From assembly GCA_963752475.1 (NCBI GenBank), contig CAVVYR010000006.1:608001-672000 (forward strand): a stretch of 64,000 nt of DNA, in the 5' to 3' direction. Made by a program: the position numbers and the translations under genes. The notes beneath the pieces are model-generated. The model was not told where the DNA came from. It did no database searches and worked only from the letters and a program-made list of their open reading frames with translations. How positions within the stretch are numbered: position 1 is the first letter of the stretch; each line of letters begins with the position of its first letter. Shown here piece after piece: positions 1 through 14,006 of the stretch. This DNA comes from an uncultured Chloroflexia bacterium (lineage in GTDB: Bacteria; Chloroflexota; Limnocylindria; Limnocylindrales; CSP1-4).

Positions 1-107
1 GCCAGCTTCCGCCCAGCACCTCGCCCACGGCCGACGACAGCGGGACCGACCCCATGGGCGCGAATACGCCGCCAGAGATCCCAGGCGACGACAAGCCGGG
101 CGGTTGA
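1..107 (+). CDS. Probable C-terminal end of an upstream gene (partial)
   Basis: Open frame from position 3 ([34 protein letters not shown]) with GC-rich third positions, ending TGA at 105-107. Confidence 0.4.
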   Translation, partial: QLPPSTSPTADDSGTDPMGANTPPEIPGDDKPGG

Positions 108-235
108 CCGCGCCGGCTCAGCCGGCACCATGGCTCACACCGGACGCGCGGCCTCACGCGAGGTCGCGCGTTCGCCTATCCTGCGGCCGTCGATGCCGCG
201 TCCCCCGTGAGCACGACGAGTGGAGGAGGAGCCAC

Positions 236-2215
<1,980 letters not shown>

Positions 2216-2266
2216 CCTCGGTCCCAGCCGAGACGTCGTCCGGCGTCGGCAGGGACAGGAGGCCTG

Positions 2267-2694
2267 ATGGGCTCGATGGGGCTGGAGCGTACGTTCGCGG
2301 TCATCACCGGCGCGGTGCTGGTGCTCCTCGGCGTGGCCGGCTCGCTGGGCAACCCCATCGTCGGTGGTCCCGAGGACACTGGTCTGATCGTCACCGGCTT
2401 CGGTCACGATCTGGTCCACCTCGTCAGCGGTGCGCTCTTCCTGCACGTCGGACTGGCGCTCAACGGGCGTAATCGGGCCTATGGCCTCGTTGGGCTGGGG
2501 CTCTTCTACCTCGCTACCGGCGTGCTCAGCTTCCTGAGCTCGGACCTGCTCGGGGTCTACGACGAACCTACCTCCGGTCTCGACCAGATCGGCCACGTGC
2601 TGTTGGGCCTGGCCGCCTTCGTCATCGGCTGGATGGGGCGCGGCGTCGAGCGACGCGTCTACGGCCGGGCCGTCTCGGGGCCTGCTCGCGAGCA

Positions 2695-2698
<4 letters not shown>
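2267..2698 (+). CDS. Small four-TM membrane protein (DUF4383-like)
   Basis: Four hydrophobic segments with HDLVHL and DQIGH motifs; AGGAGG RBS; overlaps the moaA start. Confidence 0.7.
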
Positions 2699-3714
<1,016 letters not shown>

Positions 3715-3807
3715 GGGCTCGCGGTGACGAAGTCGCCGGGTATCCTGAGTCACGCGTGTCGTGCCCCGCGGGAGTGCTGCCGGGCTGTGCGCCGCAGGAG
3801 GTCAGCG

Positions 3808-4506
3808 ATGACGATGTCCGGAGCGCCCAAGAGCGATGACCCCGGGCTGGAACAGGAGGGCATCTGGGAGGAGCCGCAGGACGCGCGCTCCGACGCATCG
3901 CGTGAACGCGACGCTGATGCGCCGGACACGAGGGCCGGCGGCCTCACCAGCCGGCTGACCTCGACCGCCCTCACACCCGGCCCCGACGGCCTCGTCTACG
4001 CCGACGTGCCCAACCGCATCATCGCGCTGATCATCGACATCATCGTGCTCGTGGTCATCGGCGTCGTCCTGGCCTGGCTCTTCGGTGGCCTCGTGACCGA
4101 GCCGGGAGCCATCGACTCGGCCGGCGGAGAGCTCGACATCGTGGCCTTCATCATCGTGCTCGTGCTGCAGCTGGGCGTGAGCTTTGCCTACTTCGCCGGT
4201 GCCTGGACCCTGCTCGGCACGACGGTCGGCATGCGCTTGCTGGGGATGCGCATCGGCGACGAGGACGACGGCAGTCGCATCAGCTGGCAGCGCTCACTGG
4301 TGCGCTGGCTCCTGCTTGGCATCCCGGCGCTGCTCTCATCGCTGGCGGTCTACGTGCCCAACTTCGTGGGTCTGATCCTGTGGGCGCTGGGTGTGGCCTG
4401 GCTCGTCTTGCTGCTCTACACCATGGCTCAGAGTCCGACCAAGCAAGGCCTGCACGACCGCTACGCCCACACGATCCTGATCAAGGCTCGGCGTCGCGCA
4501 CTCTAG
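3808..4506 (+). CDS. RDD family membrane protein
   Basis: RIIALIID, TVGMRLLGMRI and KQGLHDRYAHT motifs; AGGAGG RBS before ATG 3808. Confidence 0.85.
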   Translation: MTMSGAPKSDDPGLEQEGIWEEPQDARSDASRERDADAPDTRAGGLTSRLTSTALTPGPDGLVYADVPNRIIALIIDIIVLVVIGVVLAWLFGGLVTEPGAIDSAGGELDIVAFIIVLVLQLGVSFAYFAGAWTLLGTTVGMRLLGMRIGDEDDGSRISWQRSLVRWLLLGIPALLSSLAVYVPNFVGLILWALGVAWLVLLLYTMAQSPTKQGLHDRYAHTILIKARRRAL

Positions 4507-4602
4507 CTTCGCCCAAGGCTGGTTCTCCACGGTCTATCCACACTGAGCGCAGATCGGTGGATATCGCCGTTCGCGAAACCCGTGACTTCGTGGACAAGTC
4601 GA

Positions 4603-4632
4603 TTGACCTTGGTGGGGCCTGCTCGGCATAGT
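4603..4632 (+). promoter_or_regulatory. Putative sigma70 promoter
   Basis: TTGACC-N18-CATAGT; predicted start site near 4639-4640. Confidence 0.55.
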
Positions 4633-4639
4633 AGGTCTT

Positions 4640-4796
4640 GCCCGGAGGGGCCAGACACGGGGCCAGGGACGCGGCGATCACATCAACGCGAACCGGCCAG
4701 GTCAGGACAGCTGAGATCGCATCAAGGCCGTCCGGCATCCGAAGGTCGCTGCGATCACATCAAGGCGGCATGAGGAACGTGAAGGTCGCTCCGGGC
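4640..4796 (+). ncRNA. Candidate structured RNA or leader with three internal repeats
   Basis: Closing stem GCCCGGAG (4640-4647)/CTCCGGGC (4789-4796); GATCRCATCAA at 4676, 4715 and 4753; GAAGGTCGCT at 4741 and 4781. Confidence 0.5.
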
Positions 4797-4854
4797 GCTT
4801 CCATGTGTCCGACGCGGTCTACCCTTGTGCGACCAGCAGCAGGAGCCGACCGCG

Positions 4855-5700
4855 ATGCCCGACCAGATCGTCCCCTTCAGCCAGAGACTCGACGAGCTGG
4901 AGGCGCATGTCCGCCAAGCCTCACCGCTGGTCCCGTCGCTGGGCATGGTCCTCGGCTCGGGACTGGGCGGACTGGCCGATGAGATCATGGACGCGGTCGA
5001 GATCCCCTTCGAGGAGATGCCAGGGTGGCCGGCGCCGTCCGTCGCAGGCCATAGCGGTCGCCTCATCCTCGGCTCCCTTCGCGGCCTGCCCGTAGCCTGC
5101 CTGCGCGGGCGCCTGCATATGTATGAGGGCCTATCCGAGCGGCTGGTCGTGGAGCCGGCGCTGCTCATGGGCCGCCTGGGAGCGCCCATCCTGTTGCTGA
5201 CCAACGCCTCGGGTGGCGTGAACCCGGCCTTCGGTGCCGGCACACTCATGGTCATGCGCGACCACATCAACCTCACCGGTCGAAACCCGCTGATGGGGCC
5301 CAACGACGACGCACTCGGCCCGCGCTTCCCCGACATGTCCGCGGTATGGGATGCCGAGTTGCGCGATCGTCTCCACGCTGCCGGCAGGGCAACGGACGTG
5401 GCCCTGGCCGAAGGCGTCTACCTCGGGCTCACCGGCCCCACCTACGAAACGCCTTCCGAGGTCCGCATGGTCCGAGGTCTGGGAGCCGATGCTGTGGGCA
5501 TGTCGACGGTGATGGAGGCGATGGCCGCGAATTGGGCCGGGATCCGCGTATGCGGTGTCTCACTCGTGACCAACCCCGGCGCCGGCCTCTCACCTACGCC
5601 GCTCACGCATGCGGAGGTCGTGGAGGCAGCCGATGAGGCGGGGCCGCGTCTGGCGCGCGTCATCGGGCGCTTCGCGGAGGACCTGCGCGACGCCCGCTGA
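4855..5700 (+). CDS. punA: Purine-nucleoside phosphorylase
   Basis: VLGSGLG, GRLHMYEG, GPTYETPSE and GADAVGMST motifs; AGGAG RBS. Confidence 0.95.
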   Translation: MPDQIVPFSQRLDELEAHVRQASPLVPSLGMVLGSGLGGLADEIMDAVEIPFEEMPGWPAPSVAGHSGRLILGSLRGLPVACLRGRLHMYEGLSERLVVEPALLMGRLGAPILLLTNASGGVNPAFGAGTLMVMRDHINLTGRNPLMGPNDDALGPRFPDMSAVWDAELRDRLHAAGRATDVALAEGVYLGLTGPTYETPSEVRMVRGLGADAVGMSTVMEAMAANWAGIRVCGVSLVTNPGAGLSPTPLTHAEVVEAADEAGPRLARVIGRFAEDLRDAR

Positions 5701-5712
5701 GCCGACGAGCGA

Positions 5713-6582
5713 CTAGACCGTGGGGAGGTCTCGACCGGCCTTCTTGGCCGCGGCCTTCTTCTCTGCCCAGGCGCCGAGGACGTTGTCCTTGTGGGGACGG
5801 ATGGGACAGTGCTCGTCGCGGTTCCGGTCCTCATCGCAGTAGCCCATGGGCACGCATTTCGGTGCCAGGAACGAGCCCAGGAACGGGCTCACCCTGAAGA
5901 CCTCGTGGCGGATGAGCTGGAACAGCCGGCGGATCTCCCATTGGGCCATGACGCAAAGTCGCAGGCCGGACATGTGGATGAGCGCGCGCAGGTTCGTCGT
6001 CATGACCAGGTTCGTACGCGTGGCGTTGGGCATCACGAAGCGCGCGTCCTCGCCGGGGATGCCGGCGTCGAGCATGTCTTCGTAGAACCGCAGCGAGCCC
6101 GCCATCTGCTCCTCGAAGCGATCACGGACCTCCTCGTCGGCATCGGTGATGGAGCCCGGCACCATGTAGCTGGGCTCCTTGTACTTGACGTAGCGCTGCG
6201 ACTGCTGGTCGAAGGCCAGGCCGGCGCGATGGCGCACGAGCTGATGGCTGAGCGTTCTCGTCACGCCGCTGATGGCGAAGGTGAAGACGATGTGCTCGAT
6301 CGTGGAGCCGTGGCCGGAGTCGATGACACGACGCACGAGATCCTGCTGCTTCTCGGGTGCGATGCGGCCGTTGGTAGCGCGCTCGAAGATGTCCTGTGGT
6401 TCCAGCTCGCTGTAGCACGTGCGACAGGCGGTGTAGATCAGTGGGACGTAGTAGTCCTCCACGATCTCGCGCGTGGGAAAGATGAGCGAAGCGCGCATGC
6501 CCAGGTCGCGGTTGGCCGGGCTCGGCGGCGTGCGGCTGCGCGGAGCGATCGTGTCCTCGGGCGGCGTGGGGGAGTCAGTCAC
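5713..6582 (-). CDS. thyX: FAD-dependent thymidylate synthase (start either GTG 6582 or ATG 6498)
   Basis: GHGSTIEH, HQLVRHR..QQSQRY, EDARFVMPNA and LRLC..AQWEIR motifs. Confidence 0.95.
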   Translation of the reverse strand: MTDSPTPPEDTIAPRSRTPPSPANRDLGMRASLIFPTREIVEDYYVPLIYTACRTCYSELEPQDIFERATNGRIAPEKQQDLVRRVIDSGHGSTIEHIVFTFAISGVTRTLSHQLVRHRAGLAFDQQSQRYVKYKEPSYMVPGSITDADEEVRDRFEEQMAGSLRFYEDMLDAGIPGEDARFVMPNATRTNLVMTTNLRALIHMSGLRLCVMAQWEIRRLFQLIRHEVFRVSPFLGSFLAPKCVPMGYCDEDRNRDEHCPIRPHKDNVLGAWAEKKAAAKKAGRDLPTV

Positions 6583-6672
6583 CGCGCGAGTGTAGTCGGC
6601 TCCGGCGACCATCGCACGCGGTCCGTGCTAGCGTCGGTATCCACGACACGACATCGAACCCGAGGTAGTCCC

Positions 6673-7239
6673 ATGGTCCTGCGCAGCCTCTTCGGCGGCG
6701 GCAACAAGCAGTCACAGCAGCCCGAGGCGGTGCCGGCCGCCACGCCCAGCCAGTCCGACACCGAGTCGATCCGTCGGATCGCAGGCGAGCTCGATGCGCT
6801 GCCGCTCGACGAGCGTCGCTACATCGCTGCCTTCGCCTATGTGCTGGCGCGGGCAGCGCACGCTGACTTGGAGATCTCCCGCACGGAGCTCGACTACATG
6901 GAGAAGGCCGTCATCGATGTGGGCAAGATCCGCAGCGCCCAGGCCGTGCTGGTGGTCGAGATGGCCCGCAACATGGCCGAGCTCTATGGCGCTACCGACG
7001 ACTACGTGGTCACGCGTTCGTTCACCGAGAACTCCACGCGGGAGCAGCGCGAGACCCTGCTGCGCACCGCCTTCGCGGTCGGAGCCGCGGACGACACCAT
7101 CACCGCTGCCGAGAGCGCCGAGCTGAACCAGATCGGCAAGGAGCTGGGCTTCCGCTCAGACGAGATCGACTCTATCCGGAATGAGTTCCGCGACCAGCTC
7201 GCAGCCATCCAGGCGATGCGCCGCGCACGAGGCGTGTAG
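6673..7239 (+). CDS. TerB family (tellurite-resistance/DjlA N-terminal-like) protein
   Basis: Two repeats of the A.ADxxIxxxE motif (AHADLEISRTE, AADDTITAAE); GAGGT RBS. Confidence 0.85.
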   Translation: MVLRSLFGGGNKQSQQPEAVPAATPSQSDTESIRRIAGELDALPLDERRYIAAFAYVLARAAHADLEISRTELDYMEKAVIDVGKIRSAQAVLVVEMARNMAELYGATDDYVVTRSFTENSTREQRETLLRTAFAVGAADDTITAAESAELNQIGKELGFRSDEIDSIRNEFRDQLAAIQAMRRARGV

Positions 7240-7283
7240 GCGCCCCCGCGACCGCACTCGGCCGCCGAACCGCGGCGGCATAA

Positions 7284-9503
<2,220 letters not shown>

Positions 9504-9534
9504 GTTCGATCTCCCCCGGGCCGATGCGCGTGGC

Positions 9535-10632
9535 ATGATGGCCGAGATGGACGCTGAGCAGCCCAGACGTCGTCGAAGCGGTCGAGGCCCTCGGAGCGTG
9601 CGGGTGTATCGCCGTGCGCGACGATGGGCTCGCTTCCGCGAGTCGCTCGTCGAGCTTGGACCCAACTCACGCCAGGTCACGCTGTCGGACGGACGGCTGC
9701 TGGGCTTCGATGACTTCGGCGACCCGGATGGAGTGCCGGTGCTCTTCTTCCACGGGTTCGGCTCCTCGCGCGTCGTGCGCCATCCGGACGATGACATCGC
9801 GGCCGAGCTGGGCACGCGCGTCATCGCTGTCGACCGTCCTGGCATCGGCATCTCGACACGCCAGCCCGGGCGGCGCGTCACCGACTTCCCACGCGATATC
9901 GCCGAACTGCTGGATATCCTGCGCATCGAGCGCTGTGCGGTCGTGGCCTGGTCCGGCGGCGGCCCGTATGCGCTCGCCTGCGCCTGGCAGATGCCCGATC
10001 GCTTCGACGTCATCGGGCTCATCAGTGCACCCGCGCCACTCTCGGGCGTGCCCGGGTCCACGGGCTACACCTGGCCACGGCACCGGGCCATGTCACGCAC
10101 CGCCGACCATGCTCCCTGGGTCATCGCGTTGGCCATGTGGAACTGGTCCCGGCAGCAACGGTCGGATCCACACAAACAGCTCGATGAGGCCGTCAGCGGC
10201 ATGGTCGAAGCGGACCGCGAGATCCTCGGCGACCCGGCGCTCCGTGCGGTGATGATCGCCAACGCCACGGAGATGTACCGGCAGGGGACCGGTGGCATCT
10301 ACGACGAGGCGCTGTGCCTGGCGCGCCCCTTCGGCTTCCCCATCGGCGGCGTGACCGTACCGGTGCGTATCTGGCACGGATCGCTGGACAAGGTCGTGCC
10401 CGTGGGCATGGGCAAGTACCTCGAGCGCAACATCAGCGACGCCGTGGCCACGTTCTATCCCCACGAGGGGCATCACTTCGTCTACGAGCGATGGCGCGAG
10501 ATCCTCGGCGTCATCGTGGCCGAGACGCGAGGACGCTCCCGTGACGCACGGGAGCGTAAGGTCGAGGCGGCCCGGGCTCAGCTCCCGGCCGCGGAGCGAT
10601 ACCAGCCAGCCCCGGATCGCGTCCAGGGCTGA
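9535..10632 (+). CDS. Alpha/beta fold hydrolase
   Basis: FFHGFGSS, DRPGIG, nucleophile elbow AWSGGG, WHGSLD and EGHH; start uncertain. Confidence 0.9.
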   Translation: MMAEMDAEQPRRRRSGRGPRSVRVYRRARRWARFRESLVELGPNSRQVTLSDGRLLGFDDFGDPDGVPVLFFHGFGSSRVVRHPDDDIAAELGTRVIAVDRPGIGISTRQPGRRVTDFPRDIAELLDILRIERCAVVAWSGGGPYALACAWQMPDRFDVIGLISAPAPLSGVPGSTGYTWPRHRAMSRTADHAPWVIALAMWNWSRQQRSDPHKQLDEAVSGMVEADREILGDPALRAVMIANATEMYRQGTGGIYDEALCLARPFGFPIGGVTVPVRIWHGSLDKVVPVGMGKYLERNISDAVATFYPHEGHHFVYERWREILGVIVAETRGRSRDARERKVEAARAQLPAAERYQPAPDRVQG

Positions 10633-10641
10633 CCCGAAGCG

Positions 10642-11829
10642 CTAGAGGCGCTTCTCGATGCTGCCACCGCGACCCTTTGGCACGATGGTGTAGTAGGTCT
10701 TGTTGAAGAAGAGCTTGCCGATGTGCCAGAGCCGGCTGGGCTTGGGCGGCTTGGGTGGGTTGTCGTAGTCGAAGCGCAGGAGCGTGCCCTTGCCGTCGCC
10801 GACCTCGAAGAAGCACATGACCTTGCCGGTGTAGATGCTGTCCTTGGGATGGGGCGTGCGGTTCTGGATGCGGGCCGAGACGCGCTCGGCGATCACTGGT
10901 GCCTCGAAGTGGGCCGTCGAGCCGGCCTTCGATAGCGGCAGGTCGGTGGCGTCACCGAGTGCCCACATGTGCTCGCGCCCACCGACGTTGAGCGTCTTGT
11001 GGTCGGTCGGCAGCCAGCCGCCGGGCTCGGGTGCGATACCGCTATCCATCAGCACCTGGGCACCCTTGTGCGGTGGCACCAGCACGAGCAGGTCGTACTC
11101 GAGCTCCTCGCCCTCGAGGCTCAGGACCATCTTGCGCTCGCGATCGATGGCCTCGACGTTGAAGAACGTATGCAGCTCGATGCCCTTGCTCTCGAGCTCG
11201 GGCGTGGCCATCTCGCTCACGGACTCGATGGTGAAGGCACGGGCGATGGGGCTGCAGTAGTGCAGCTCGCTCTTCTCGCGTAGACCGCGGTCACGGAGCT
11301 CGGCCTCGATGAGGAAGGCCACCTCGAGTGGCGCCGGCGGGCACTTGTAGGGCATCGAGGCGATGCCCACCACGATCTTGCCGCCGGTGAAGCTGTCGAG
11401 CGCCTGACGCAGTCGCGCGGCGGCTTCCTCGCTGTAGAAGTGATGGGCCTCGTCCTCGAAGTGCTCGATGGCCTCGGGCAGGATGCGTGAGCCAGTGCTC
11501 AGGATGAGCTCGTCGTAGTCGAGCTTCGTTCCATCGGTCAGCTCGACCGTGCTCGCCTCCTCATCGATCCTGGTGACCTCGCCGATGACGAGGTCGACGC
11601 GCTTGTCCAGGAGCTGTCGCTCGGGCTTGCGCAAGGACTTGGGGTCCTCGTTGCCCATGGCGATGTACATGAAGCCGGGCTGGTAGACGTGCTCACCCTT
11701 CTCGTCGACGACCGTGACCTTGGCCTCGCCGGCGTCGATCTGCTTCTTGATCTTGCGGCTGATGAGGTTGGCGACGAGCGTGCCGCCGACGCCGCCGCCT
11801 AGGACGAGGACGTTCTGCATGTCAGTCAC
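10642..11829 (-). CDS. Sulfide:quinone oxidoreductase-like flavoprotein (SQR/FCSD family)
   Basis: GGGVGG, YQPG, YKCPPAPLE, PPHKG, GDAT, KAGSTA and YTGKVMCF motifs; two conserved redox Cys. Confidence 0.85.
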   Translation of the reverse strand: MTDMQNVLVLGGGVGGTLVANLISRKIKKQIDAGEAKVTVVDEKGEHVYQPGFMYIAMGNEDPKSLRKPERQLLDKRVDLVIGEVTRIDEEASTVELTDGTKLDYDELILSTGSRILPEAIEHFEDEAHHFYSEEAAARLRQALDSFTGGKIVVGIASMPYKCPPAPLEVAFLIEAELRDRGLREKSELHYCSPIARAFTIESVSEMATPELESKGIELHTFFNVEAIDRERKMVLSLEGEELEYDLLVLVPPHKGAQVLMDSGIAPEPGGWLPTDHKTLNVGGREHMWALGDATDLPLSKAGSTAHFEAPVIAERVSARIQNRTPHPKDSIYTGKVMCFFEVGDGKGTLLRFDYDNPPKPPKPSRLWHIGKLFFNKTYYTIVPKGRGGSIEKRL

Positions 11830-11844
11830 TCCTGGATATGGGGA

Positions 11845-12093
11845 CTACTTGAGCTTCTCGACGACGATCTCATCGTAGCCCTCGTGATCGAAGACTCCGA
11901 CGAGCCGGTGGCCGGCCTTGTCGACCCAGGCAGGGATGTCGGTCTTGGAGCCGTTGTCGGTCGAGATGACGGCAAGGACATCACCGACCTGGCCCTCACG
12001 GATGCCACGGATGAGCTCCATCAGGGGGCCGGGGCAGAAGCTGCCGCGAGCATCGATGGTCTTGGTCGGGTTGGTTTCGAGTTCGAGGGTCAT
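11845..12093 (-). CDS. TusA family sulfur carrier
   Basis: IDARGSFCPGP motif; GGAG RBS. Confidence 0.92.
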   Translation of the reverse strand: MTLELETNPTKTIDARGSFCPGPLMELIRGIREGQVGDVLAVISTDNGSKTDIPAWVDKAGHRLVGVFDHEGYDEIVVEKLK

Positions 12094-12154
12094 GGGTGCT
12101 TCTCCTGGAGGATTCGCACGGGACCGGGGGGAAGGCCCCGTGCGCGATCGGGGG

Positions 12155-12742
12155 CTAGATGAAAAGGGAGCCAGTATGGTCTTCGGTCATCATCTCGAGG
12201 ACGGTGGCGGCGCCCACGGGCTCGCCGAGGCCGTCGATCATGTCCTCGCGCTTGAGGCCGAACATGTCCATCGTCATCTGGCAGGGCAGGAACTCGACGC
12301 CCATCAGCTGACAGGCTTCCAGCAGCTCCTGCGGGGAGGCGACGTTGTACTGCTCGCTGAGCTTGCCGATCATCCACGGACCCATGCCCATGAAGTTCAT
12401 CTTCGACATCTTCATGTGGCTGATGCCCGGGCGCTGCATGAACGAGAGCATCTTCTGCATCGTGCCCTCACCGGTGATGCGCTTGGAGTCCTTGACGAAG
12501 GGGAGGAGGCCCCAGAAGGTCAGGAACACCTGCGCCTTGTAGCCACTGGCGGCCGCGACGCTACTCATGATGAGGGTCGGCAGGACCTTGTCGAACTCAC
12601 CGCTCCAGTTGATGATCACCAACTGACGCTGCGAGCCGGGTACGCTGCTCTCGGGCTGTGCGGCGACCGCGATGGCCTCGGTCAGCTGGGCTTCGGCGCC
12701 CTCATCGGTGGCGGCCTCCGGGGCCGCGGTCTCGGTAGTCAT
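12155..12742 (-). CDS. DsrE/DsrF/DrsH-like (DsrE2-type) protein
   Basis: FLTFWGL, SKMNFMGMG and CQMTMDMFG..GAAT motifs. Confidence 0.9.
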   Translation of the reverse strand: MTTETAAPEAATDEGAEAQLTEAIAVAAQPESSVPGSQRQLVIINWSGEFDKVLPTLIMSSVAAASGYKAQVFLTFWGLLPFVKDSKRITGEGTMQKMLSFMQRPGISHMKMSKMNFMGMGPWMIGKLSEQYNVASPQELLEACQLMGVEFLPCQMTMDMFGLKREDMIDGLGEPVGAATVLEMMTEDHTGSLFI

Positions 12743-12771
12743 GGGTGTCCCTTTCCCTGCGTGCTCGCCGC

Positions 12772-13002
12772 TTAGGCGCGCTTGATGACGAAGCGGTAGA
12801 CGCCGTCGGCCTCGGTCTGCTCGAGGATGGCGTTGCCGGTGGAGCGGGTCCATGCGGCGAAGTCCTTGACCGACCCGGGGTCGGTGGCGAGGACCTCGAT
12901 GAGCTCGCCGGCCGGGACCGTCTTCACCGCCTGCGCGGTCTTGACGATCGGCATCGGGCAGGACAGGCCTTTGGCATCGACGGTGGTATGGACGTCACTC
13001 AT
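12772..13002 (-). CDS. TusA family sulfur carrier
   Basis: VDAKGLSCPMP and ATDPGS motifs; AAGGAG RBS. Confidence 0.93.
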   Translation of the reverse strand: MSDVHTTVDAKGLSCPMPIVKTAQAVKTVPAGELIEVLATDPGSVKDFAAWTRSTGNAILEQTEADGVYRFVIKRA

Positions 13003-13052
13003 GACGGGCTCCTTGGTGTGTCGTGTCAGCGTTGTGTGAAGAGGATCGCGGG

Positions 13053-13469
13053 TTAGATGAAGAGGATCTGGCCGTCGCCCACGGCGATATAGAAGGCGGT
13101 CACGCCCTCGGTGCCATCGACCAGTTCGTCGAGGTCGTCCTCGGTGATCTTGAGCACGTCCATCGAGAGCGAGCAGGCCTGCACCTCGACGTTCCCGAGC
13201 TCCTTGGCCATGGCCAGGGTCTCGTACCAGGGGGCCTGGCCCTCCGCTTGGAGCGCATCGACCGCGGCCTTCCCCTCAACGCCGGCTTCGGCGGCGAGGC
13301 CATGGTCGTTCTTGATGCGGTCCGCGCGGAAGGCGTCCAGGCCCCAGTACTGGAGGAAGATATGGACGGGTCGACCGAGTGCCGCAGCGCCCGAGGCCAT
13401 CACGGCCGCGGCGTTGAGCTTGTCATCGGTGCCGCTGAAGAGCACGATCGCGAGGGGCTTGTCATCCAT
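13053..13469 (-). CDS. DsrE/DsrF/DrsH-like protein
   Basis: SGTDDK, FLQYWGL and ACSLSMD motifs; AAGGA RBS. Confidence 0.88.
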   Translation of the reverse strand: MDDKPLAIVLFSGTDDKLNAAAVMASGAAALGRPVHIFLQYWGLDAFRADRIKNDHGLAAEAGVEGKAAVDALQAEGQAPWYETLAMAKELGNVEVQACSLSMDVLKITEDDLDELVDGTEGVTAFYIAVGDGQILFI

Positions 13470-13483
13470 CGTTCGTCGGTTCC

Positions 13484-13822
13484 TTATGTGGTCGCTGGTT
13501 CGGGCTTCTCGATGGCCGCGGACAGCTGGGCCAGGCGGGCGAGGCGACGGCGCATGACGTCAGCCATCGTGTCGCAGGCTCCGATGACGCCTTCGTCGGT
13601 CAGGCGGTAGAGCGAGCCTCGGCCGTCGCGGACAGCCTCGACCAGGCCGGCCGAGCGCATGACCGCGAGGTGCTTCGAGGCGTTCGGCTGGCTGATGCCG
13701 ATAGCCTCGGCCAATCGGCCGACCTCGCGCGGCTCCTCGTCGAGGAGATGCAGGATCGCGATGCGTGCCGGGTGGCTCAGCGTGCGGCAGATCTCCGCCT
13801 GGAGCTCGTAGATCGGGTCCAT
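13484..13822 (-). CDS. ArsR/SmtB family transcriptional repressor
   Basis: TLSHPARIAIL and ISQPNASKHLAVMR..GLV..R.G winged helix. Confidence 0.92.
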   Translation of the reverse strand: MDPIYELQAEICRTLSHPARIAILHLLDEEPREVGRLAEAIGISQPNASKHLAVMRSAGLVEAVRDGRGSLYRLTDEGVIGACDTMADVMRRRLARLAQLSAAIEKPEPATT

Positions 13823-13839
13823 GTCCACATCATCCACAT

Positions 13840-13855
13840 ATGCCCACATGCGCAT
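13840..13855. promoter_or_regulatory. Putative ArsR-family operator
   Basis: ATGC-N8-GCAT palindrome 17 bp upstream of the ArsR start. Confidence 0.45.
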
Positions 13856-14006
13856 GAGTGCCGAAGGGCACGATGGCTTGGGCCGTTCTTCTACATGGTT
13901 GGAACAGGTACCGAGCGGAGGGCGGTATCCGGTTCGGGCGTCGCGCTCGGAGAACGGTATCGCGAAGGCGGTCCGGATCAACGAGGCCGCGACCGCGGCC
14001 CGAGTC

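Noticed and set aside
4676-4790. Periodic repeats as a CRISPR mini-array
   Set aside because: The conserved core is only 11 nt, the period of 38-39 nt is too short, and no cas genes are present
5791-6672. Long N-terminal extensions given in the ORF track (TerB, LacI, PAC2, Rrf2, add and others)
   Set aside because: They overlap opposite-strand genes or promoters, and downstream starts fit RBS and domain boundaries better
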